Assembly (NCBI GenBank): GCA_048884965.1
Contig: JBHLQH010000015.1
Span: 19,337 to 83,336 of the forward strand
Direction of reading: 5' to 3'
Length of the DNA: 64,000 nt
DNA from: Candidatus Thorarchaeota archaeon
GTDB taxonomy: Archaea; Asgardarchaeota; Thorarchaeia; Thorarchaeales; Thorarchaeaceae
Every line of letters begins with the position of its first letter. Position 1 is the first letter of the stretch. The notes under the pieces are model-generated. The model had not been told where the DNA came from and did no database searches. It worked only from the letters and a program-made list of their open reading frames with translations. This document shows, piece by piece, positions 57,411 to 64,000 of this stretch. A program made the position numbers and the translations under genes.

Positions 57411-57600
57411 TCTTACAACTAGTGTCATCTAAGTAGTATATTATATTATCCAACTCAGCGATGAGGAATTCGTACCCAATCCGAGGGGATTTTCATCTAA
57501 ATCCGAACCATGTGGTTCAGATTTCGTTGATGGCGCGAAAATTCGAATCGTTTTGCTCAGAAAGGTTGGCTCTTAGTAAACCTGAGAATATGAATCTTGA

Positions 57601-57864
57601 ATGAAAATGGAACTAGAGGAATCGAGTGAATCATCTCCTCGAAGGCGAGTGAATATTTGGTGGATCGCTTTGACAGTTGTATCAACAGCATCAACAGCCT
57701 ATATCATGTCAGTGTTTGGATGGATCCCGGTGAATCCAGTCTATGCTGTGATTATGGGTTCAGTCTTCGGGATTCTCTTCGTGATTTACCAATTCTTCTA
57801 TTACAGGGAGATTGCGAAGCGAATCGAACCTGAAGCACCTAAGCGAGATGGCGAACTGTTCTAG
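57601..57864 (+). CDS. Small 2-TM membrane protein
   Basis: Two hydrophobic helices, 87 aa. Confidence 0.7.
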   Translation: MKMELEESSESSPRRRVNIWWIALTVVSTASTAYIMSVFGWIPVNPVYAVIMGSVFGILFVIYQFFYYREIAKRIEPEAPKRDGELF

Positions 57865-57873
57865 TAATTGTTA

Positions 57874-58818
57874 CTAAGGTTTGAGTAGGACCGTCAAATT
57901 CCGTGTGAATATTGGAAAATACTCAGCAGAAGTAGCAGCTGAGAACTTGCTCAATTTAGTTCCGAGTGTTTCTGAGAGGGTCTCATCAAATGCCCCATTC
58001 AGAATTGCCCGTGTTTCCGCCTCAATCACAGTATCCAGCTGGATAACATGGTCTAATGCACTTCGATTAGCAGGGCATTTCTGTTGACACCGTAGGCAGC
58101 CCATCAAAGCATTATGAGCGTTTGAAGGAATCCATTCAGGAAATTCACCATTCACTTCATTGTACAGAGAGATACATCTTCCTGCATCGATTACAAACTC
58201 GCTTTCTCGGATCGCATGCGTAGGACATTGATTGCTGCATATCTTACAGGTCTTGCATGCATCCATCATTGCAAGCTCTGTCCAATCATACGAATCAAAT
58301 TCAAAATCAGTCCAGAAGGCATACAAAGTGATAAGACTACCCATGTTCCCTACATAGCATAGGTTGTTCTTCCCATACCTGCCGAGACCGCTTCTCACTG
58401 CAACCTGCTTAAGAAAAACATTACGAGCAATTTCAACACGGAATCCCTTGTCTTGGATTATTTGCTCGTGAATAGTAGTTTCAAGCTGCTTCTTTGTTAC
58501 TCCTGAATCATAGTACTGATGCGGAATAACAATCTCACGGCGTTCACCGTGATATTCAAAATCGGCACGGGCAATCGGAGTGTAGACAGCCATTATTATC
58601 AAAGATTTGGCATCTAAGAAATCATCCGGTAGTGCGTATACCTTACCTTCAATGTAGCTACGAAAGGTTTCATTATCGCTTAGTTTTCCACTGGCCTGTA
58701 GATCCTCCATATCCGACTTCAACTTCGGAAGATACTCTGTTGATATTACACGATATTGGTATGTCGCGTGAGGCAAAGATTCTACAATTTCACTTTGAAT
58801 ATTCATATCATAATTCAA
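57874..58818 (-). CDS. QueG/reductive-dehalogenase-like 2x[4Fe-4S] protein
   Basis: KQVAVRSGLGRYGKNNL, CKTCKICSNQCP.AI, RCIS, GCLRCQQKCP. Confidence 0.85.
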   Translation of the reverse strand: MNYDMNIQSEIVESLPHATYQYRVISTEYLPKLKSDMEDLQASGKLSDNETFRSYIEGKVYALPDDFLDAKSLIIMAVYTPIARADFEYHGERREIVIPHQYYDSGVTKKQLETTIHEQIIQDKGFRVEIARNVFLKQVAVRSGLGRYGKNNLCYVGNMGSLITLYAFWTDFEFDSYDWTELAMMDACKTCKICSNQCPTHAIRESEFVIDAGRCISLYNEVNGEFPEWIPSNAHNALMGCLRCQQKCPANRSALDHVIQLDTVIEAETRAILNGAFDETLSETLGTKLSKFSAATSAEYFPIFTRNLTVLLKP

Positions 58819-58919
58819 TCATATTCTATTATATAGAGAAATCCTTCAGAGTAAGTATTATTGCAGACAATGTAGTTCGGGTGAAAAAGAAGCATAAGTG
58901 CCAAAGTATCTCTGTATGT

Positions 58920-59237
58920 ATGTTATACGAACGTGTCAATGATTCACCGGTTCTTGGTTCAAAGAACTTTCACGAATTCGAAGAGCCAATAGTTGCCAAT
59001 GATGACAACGAATGGACATGGATGGAGTTCTACGGATCAGGTGTAGACATCGAGGATCACCCACTGAAGGATCGCTGCCGTATGCATGGGTGCGCAGAAT
59101 GCAAAAGCGAGAAGGTAAAAGTCATCTATGGCAAATGGTGTGTCAGTACGCATAGCGGAGATGCCTACTACGACTATGAGATCGTGTGTGAGGATTGCGG
59201 AAAATTCACAGCACGTTCATTCAATGAGAATGACTAG
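58920..59237 (+). CDS. Small zinc-ribbon hypothetical protein
   Basis: In-frame ATG at 58920; CAEC...CEDC. Confidence 0.65.
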   Translation: MLYERVNDSPVLGSKNFHEFEEPIVANDDNEWTWMEFYGSGVDIEDHPLKDRCRMHGCAECKSEKVKVIYGKWCVSTHSGDAYYDYEIVCEDCGKFTARSFNEND

Positions 59238-60574
59238 AATCCAAATCTTCTAGCGTATGCTTCTATGTCGAATTTTCTCCTGAGCCCCTTGTCATTCATA
59301 TAGCGCACCTTCCCAAAGATGGGACGTTCAGCCCAAGCTCGGTCATGCTTTCCAAAGCACCAAGCAATACCAGTATAGCCGTTCGGGTCCCTCCCATCAA
59401 GTTCGTATCTATCATTCAGGTAGATAGCAATTTCATATGCATCCTTGGGATTCTTGGACCATTCGAGTATCTTCTTGCCCCAATACATCCGCATGTACCC
59501 ATGCATCTTACCATCAACAACCATCTGCTTCTGAGCTGCATTCCAGTATGGATCATGGGTCTGGTAGTTCTCGAATTCCTCGCGATTGTATATGTATTCA
59601 CGATGATCTTTTCGGTGCTCATCAAGAGTTGTCTTTGCCCATTTGGGTAGGCAATCAATCGAATCATATCGTGTATTATAATGAGCAAAATTCATACTTA
59701 GCTCTCTTCGTACGATCAGTTCTTCCAAATAGGATTCTTCAGCTGGAGAACCTGCTTCCAAGACCTTCATGGCTATCTCTATTGGAGAAATCTGTCCATA
59801 ATGAAGGTAGGGACTCATATTGGAGGAGGAATCTAATGACGGATCATTTCGATGCTCGTCGAATCTATCGAGCTTTGTGTTTATGAATGCTTGAAGCTGC
59901 GAGATTGCTTCTTTATATCCGCCTTTAAGCCATGGAACAGATGATACAGTTCTATCCGCAGAGAGTTCATCAAGGATGGAGGAGATGCTTTCAAGACTCA
60001 GCTCTTCGGTGAATCCTTGGGAAGAACTACGTTTTATTCGTTGGATTTTATATTCCTGAAGGAATCTCTCCATGTGCCGGTGTATCTTGGGGCGAAGAGT
60101 GCCAGCGGTGTATTCCTCCTTGGACGAAGCAAGCTCTATTGGAACCACAACATCTGTTTCTACTTGAATGAGTGGACATTTAGCTTTTGCAGCCGCATAA
60201 GTCCTCCACATCTTTTGGAGTCGTTGATAATCACAGTCCACAACAATCATAGAAGCATCATCTGCTAGTGAGATGATGCCATTGTCAGGGGATTCCATTC
60301 TAATGATGAAATCACCTCCGAGCCTTAGTATGGATTTTCTCACCTCTTGGAGACCTTGGAGCATGAAGGTGTAACTCCTTTCGTTCGCGGAGGGGTAATC
60401 GGTCAATCCAAAGTAGACCAATAGAGGAAGACCATACCTGTTCGATTGTTCAATCGCATATCCGAGTGCATGATTATATGATACTCTTTGTGATGCTTGC
60501 ATCCAATAGAGCACATATTTGCCATCTTGGATCTCCCGTTCGTTTAGCATCTTGATTCGTTCAGGCTCGATCAT
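59234..60574 (-). CDS. phrB: Class II CPD DNA photolyase
   Basis: VLYWM...R..NHAL, MSPYLHYGQIS, EELIVRREL, THDPYWNAAQ, MHGYMRMYWGKKILEW, DGRDPNGY, ERPIFGKVRYM. Confidence 0.95.
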   Translation of the reverse strand: MIEPERIKMLNEREIQDGKYVLYWMQASQRVSYNHALGYAIEQSNRYGLPLLVYFGLTDYPSANERSYTFMLQGLQEVRKSILRLGGDFIIRMESPDNGIISLADDASMIVVDCDYQRLQKMWRTYAAAKAKCPLIQVETDVVVPIELASSKEEYTAGTLRPKIHRHMERFLQEYKIQRIKRSSSQGFTEELSLESISSILDELSADRTVSSVPWLKGGYKEAISQLQAFINTKLDRFDEHRNDPSLDSSSNMSPYLHYGQISPIEIAMKVLEAGSPAEESYLEELIVRRELSMNFAHYNTRYDSIDCLPKWAKTTLDEHRKDHREYIYNREEFENYQTHDPYWNAAQKQMVVDGKMHGYMRMYWGKKILEWSKNPKDAYEIAIYLNDRYELDGRDPNGYTGIAWCFGKHDRAWAERPIFGKVRYMNDKGLRRKFDIEAYARRFGF

Positions 60575-60758
60575 CCTCGATTACTCCACTCCTCGTAATA
60601 TATGAATTGCGAAGGAGTAATTCAGTTGGGTATGAAATGATGCATTCGCTTAGAAAAGAAAGAATATTTTAAGTATAATTTTCTTTTCTAAAGCTTTATT
60701 AGTCGCCTAGCTTCTGTCTGGAAAATAAGATGGAACCATTCTCAGCGAAATGTTGTGA

Positions 60759-62390
60759 ATGGTGAGAGATAGAAACGGAGAAAACACAATGAAAACAAGG
60801 AAGACCTTTGGTCTGATACTTGCATTTGTTTTTGTCACTTCAATGTTCCTTGGCACAAGTGCTGCAGCGTTGAGTGGAGGAGATTTCAATTCCGCGCTCA
60901 TGGCAGTCAAGTATGTGACGATCACAAATCCAGCAGATGGATCTGTGGTTTCAGGAACTGTGACAATCACAATCGATGCATCTTCGACCCCCACCTTATA
61001 CATCGACGGTGTAAGGATTGGGTCCTATACATCCTACTCTTGGGATACAACTGCATATGTAGATGGTAGCCATACCATAAATGCTCGTATCCCCGGTAGA
61101 TCCGACACCAATGTTGTGACGGTGAATAATGGAGGAGGAACCAATTCCGCACCTACTGTGACAATTACTGCTCCTGCAAATGGTGCGACAGTTTCCGGTA
61201 CAACCACTATTTCAGTATCAGTTGATGACGAAGATACGATTGTACCAGACATCTACATTGATGGTTCATGGGTAGCGACCGCCTATTCCTATAGCTGGGA
61301 CACAACCGCATATGCAGATGGATCCCATTCAATCTATGCAGAAGCTACAGATACCGGTGGTCTCTCAGGAGATGATACCAACACCGTTACAGTCGATAAC
61401 GGCGGCAGTAGTCAAGGATGGAACAAGGACTCACTTCCACACATGCTTCCCTGGTGGAATGATGTCATTGATGTTGAGAAGACCAGCTATACCGGCGCTG
61501 GTTCAGTTGTCGTAATCATCGACACTGGTCTTGTCAGCAACTGGCTCGATTATTTCCCGCAGGAGAACATCCTTACACAGTACTGTCGTAGCTACACTGA
61601 CGAACTAGGATTGGACAATGTAGCATGGGATGAGGATACCGAAGGACACGGTACAGCTTGTACTGGAACTATCATCGGCTACAGACTCGACAGCACGACC
61701 GACTATTGGATCGAAGGTGTCGCTGAGGATGCCAAGATCGTCATGCTCAGATGTGTCTACTGGATCGGTGGCGGGGTCACTGAGACAACAATGCTCAACA
61801 ACTGGGCGACTTGTATCAACTATGCGGTATCTCTGCACAATGGTGCTCTTAGTAGCTATAATATGGTCATTTCCATGTCGCTTGGCTACGACAATACCAA
61901 TACTGCACTAAATACAGCAGTGGCAAATGCTGAAGATGATGGAGTCGTCGTCGTTACATCCGCAGGTAATGACGGCCCCGCAGCTGATACTACTGCATAC
62001 CCAGCCAACCTGGCAGACTGTACATCAGTCGCAGCTGCTGGATATGTAGGACTCACTGATGCCTACGGACTGACTGGTATCTGGACGGATATCCCTGAGA
62101 ACGACTTCTCTGATGTCTTCGTGTCTGACTTCTCCTCCCGAGGAAAGGTCGATGTGACTGGCATTGGTGAGAACCTTGTATTGCCATACTACGGTGGCTA
62201 CTACTATATCAGCGGTACGAGCTTTAGCTGTCCACAAACCGCAGGTGTCTATGCCTTGATGTTCCAGGCCTTTGGTGGCCAGAGCGTTGCTTGGCTAGAG
62301 GGTCATCTACAGGATGCGTGCGTGGACCTTGGTTATGATTCTACAGTCCAAGGTGCTGGATTCATCCAAGCTGACGGTGCCACGACATAA
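60759..62390 (+). CDS. Secreted S8 (subtilisin) peptidase with two Ig-like repeats (likely ATG at 60789)
   Basis: IIDTG, GHGT, SAGN, GTSFS catalytic motifs; repeated YSWDTTAY.DGSH. Confidence 0.93.
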   Translation: MVRDRNGENTMKTRKTFGLILAFVFVTSMFLGTSAAALSGGDFNSALMAVKYVTITNPADGSVVSGTVTITIDASSTPTLYIDGVRIGSYTSYSWDTTAYVDGSHTINARIPGRSDTNVVTVNNGGGTNSAPTVTITAPANGATVSGTTTISVSVDDEDTIVPDIYIDGSWVATAYSYSWDTTAYADGSHSIYAEATDTGGLSGDDTNTVTVDNGGSSQGWNKDSLPHMLPWWNDVIDVEKTSYTGAGSVVVIIDTGLVSNWLDYFPQENILTQYCRSYTDELGLDNVAWDEDTEGHGTACTGTIIGYRLDSTTDYWIEGVAEDAKIVMLRCVYWIGGGVTETTMLNNWATCINYAVSLHNGALSSYNMVISMSLGYDNTNTALNTAVANAEDDGVVVVTSAGNDGPAADTTAYPANLADCTSVAAAGYVGLTDAYGLTGIWTDIPENDFSDVFVSDFSSRGKVDVTGIGENLVLPYYGGYYYISGTSFSCPQTAGVYALMFQAFGGQSVAWLEGHLQDACVDLGYDSTVQGAGFIQADGATT

Positions 62391-62401
62391 AATACAGCAA
62401 A

Positions 62402-62434
62402 GAGGAAGGTGTGTCCTTCCTCACTCTATTTTTC
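62402..62434 (+). terminator. Intrinsic terminator
   Basis: GAGGAAGG-TGTGT-CCTTCCTC followed by a T tract. Confidence 0.65.
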
Positions 62435-62445
62435 TTGAATCTAAT

Positions 62446-63543
62446 CTATTCACACATCATGAAACGAGGATCAGTTCGCCACTGGTTTCGTTCTTCATCA
62501 AACGCTTCATCCCATATTCCATAGACAGATGTCTTCTCGTAGTCAATAGTTGAAAGCCTTAGATTTTCCACGTTCTCATGCAGAATACTCAACAGCTTCG
62601 AAAGGTGACCTGATGGGAGTCGTAGATACCAGAACATGAAATCATCGGTCATCCTCAAAGTTGTACGAAATGGAAAGGGACGAGTCTTGATTAGTGATTG
62701 AAATGCTGATGAGAAATCTGGGTCGCAGTTGGCAGTGATTACTACGTTACTATAGAGATCAAATGTATCACTATCGATGTAGACATGATATTGCAAAATA
62801 AAGTGTTCTTTCAACAATTGCATCCGACGAGAGAACTCCTGAGAAGTGAACTCAACTCCCATCCCCTTCAGCTCCTGCATTATGTCCTTTTGCTTTCTTC
62901 GAATGCCATTTGTAGATATGGAACTAAGGATGGATACATCACTTTTAGAAAGCAAATCTATCTTCGAGCCGTTAGGAGGTTCAACAGGATCAATGGAGAT
63001 TGCTGATAGTTGTTTGAGCCATTTGTTCCAATTGAAATCCCAACTGAAACTCTCAATATTCCAAAACTCAAGCTGGGGAACGGTGAAAAGTGTTCGAGTG
63101 TTCTCAGTAGGCAATAGTCGATAGTCCTTGAAGGTAGATTTCTTTTTTGAAGTGTCAAGGAATCTTCTCAGTAAGTGCATAGACCCTTTTGGAATTCTAA
63201 ACTGAGCGAAAACTTCACTCCCGCCACCGTAAGATCTAGCTCTATATTTGGTGTAGGGATGCTCATCACATAGAAGCTCTACAGCTTTCAGTGATTCATT
63301 AGTAGGAGTTTCGAAAAATACATCGACGGTGTGCATTCCTAATGCATCTTCATCAAGATGGGGTATAACTCTGAAGTATCGCTTGCTTGACTTCTTTGCC
63401 CCTGAGAGCCACTTAAGGTAGCTTGCAACCGTGGTTTTCGACATCTGGACATGAGCCGCTATTTCTTCAAGTGTATCCATAGGTCCTTCCTGTAGGGCTA
63501 TGAGTACTTGCAAGTGTTTTGCAGTTATCTGTGTACTTCTCAA
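62446..63543 (-). CDS. Tandem Lrp/AsnC-like HTH regulator
   Basis: Two HTH-plus-ACT-like halves (TLEEIAAHVQMSKTTV; KQKDIMQEL..SQEFSRRMQLL). Confidence 0.7.
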   Translation of the reverse strand: MRSTQITAKHLQVLIALQEGPMDTLEEIAAHVQMSKTTVASYLKWLSGAKKSSKRYFRVIPHLDEDALGMHTVDVFFETPTNESLKAVELLCDEHPYTKYRARSYGGGSEVFAQFRIPKGSMHLLRRFLDTSKKKSTFKDYRLLPTENTRTLFTVPQLEFWNIESFSWDFNWNKWLKQLSAISIDPVEPPNGSKIDLLSKSDVSILSSISTNGIRRKQKDIMQELKGMGVEFTSQEFSRRMQLLKEHFILQYHVYIDSDTFDLYSNVVITANCDPDFSSAFQSLIKTRPFPFRTTLRMTDDFMFWYLRLPSGHLSKLLSILHENVENLRLSTIDYEKTSVYGIWDEAFDEERNQWRTDPRFMMCE

Positions 63544-63572
63544 TCAACGACCTTCTGCATGATTTACCGACA

Positions 63573-64000
63573 CTATTCGCAGAGCATTACTTTTATCGAG
63601 GGATCTCCGCGACCGCCACCGGTTGGAGGGTCGAAATCTAAAGCGTCCGTATCATATCCACCTTTGATACCAACAGCCCAAGCCTCAACGAACACATTAT
63701 ACCAACCTGATTCCCACGCGCAGTCGAACCAGTGCAGTTCAAGCTGAATATCTCGATAGTGACCTATGACAATCACTAATGCGTATAGTTGATGTCCAGA
63801 AGGCAGTGTGAGAGTGAAGAAGAACTCAGATCTTTGAGGGCTTTTGATGAAATCTGCAATGATAGCTGAAAAGAACACTACAACATCATCGCATATTGTA
63901 TCATTGTCCAAATCGCCGTATTCTGCACTATCGATTGTAACGACAAACTTCTTTGGAATTGCCGCAGCTTCTTGAGGCACTACTGTAAATAGTACAGAAG
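63573..64000 (-). CDS. Secreted hypothetical protein (5' end outside window)
   Basis: Frame open to the window end; hydrophobic SVLFTVVPQEAAA resembles the end of a signal peptide. Confidence 0.6.
   Translation of the reverse strand, partial: SVLFTVVPQEAAAIPKKFVVTIDSAEYGDLDNDTICDDVVVFFSAIIADFIKSPQRSEFFFTLTLPSGHQLYALVIVIGHYRDIQLELHWFDCAWESGWYNVFVEAWAVGIKGGYDTDALDFDPPTGGGRGDPSIKVMLCE

Noticed and set aside
58632-58919. N-terminal extension of the 201-aa ORF
   Set aside because: Overlaps the opposite-strand Fe-S gene and its promoter region; the in-frame ATG at 58920 is more plausible
1365-63747. Numerous antisense and alternate-frame ORFs in the track (e.g. 1365..1886, 48578..49081, 59437..59886)
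   Set aside because: They lie within well-supported genes and show Ser/Ile-rich shadow composition with no motifs
52020-64000. Genomic island integrated at tRNA-Leu
   Set aside because: Accessory-looking genes follow, but no integrase, transposase or duplicated tRNA end was seen, and they lie on the tRNA's 5' side
1-64000. Selenocysteine or pyrrolysine recoding, or frameshifted pseudogenes
   Set aside because: The recognised proteins appear full length, and no in-frame stop interrupting a recognisable domain was noticed

Overview
Gene-dense archaeal chromosomal segment, most likely from an Asgard archaeon (Thorarchaeota-like). This assignment is an inference from class I LysRS, class I CCA enzyme, rpS26e, rpL13e, aIF5A, Nob1 and TrmY together with eukaryotic-signature proteins (longin-GTPase fusion, uDENN/longin protein, Rab-like GTPase, two Bet3/TRAPPC3-like proteins, roadblock proteins, alpha-SNAP-like/PCI proteins). 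The window holds about 68 CDS, one intron-containing tRNA-Leu(CAG) and a NikR-linked NikMNQO operon. No transposase, integrase, CRISPR array or rRNA was seen. Best leads: (i) a duplicated [roadblock-polyPro-2xwinged-helix + Bet3-like] module at 26.7-31.6 kb; (ii) three highly structured intergenic RNAs of about 200-255 nt (830-1081, 3200-3400, 57130-57410), each with a TATA-like box and G-U pairs that indicate the strand, one with competing pairings upstream of a putative vitamin-uptake operon; (iii) a tRNA intron at a non-canonical position. All family assignments come from motif recognition by eye; no searches were run.
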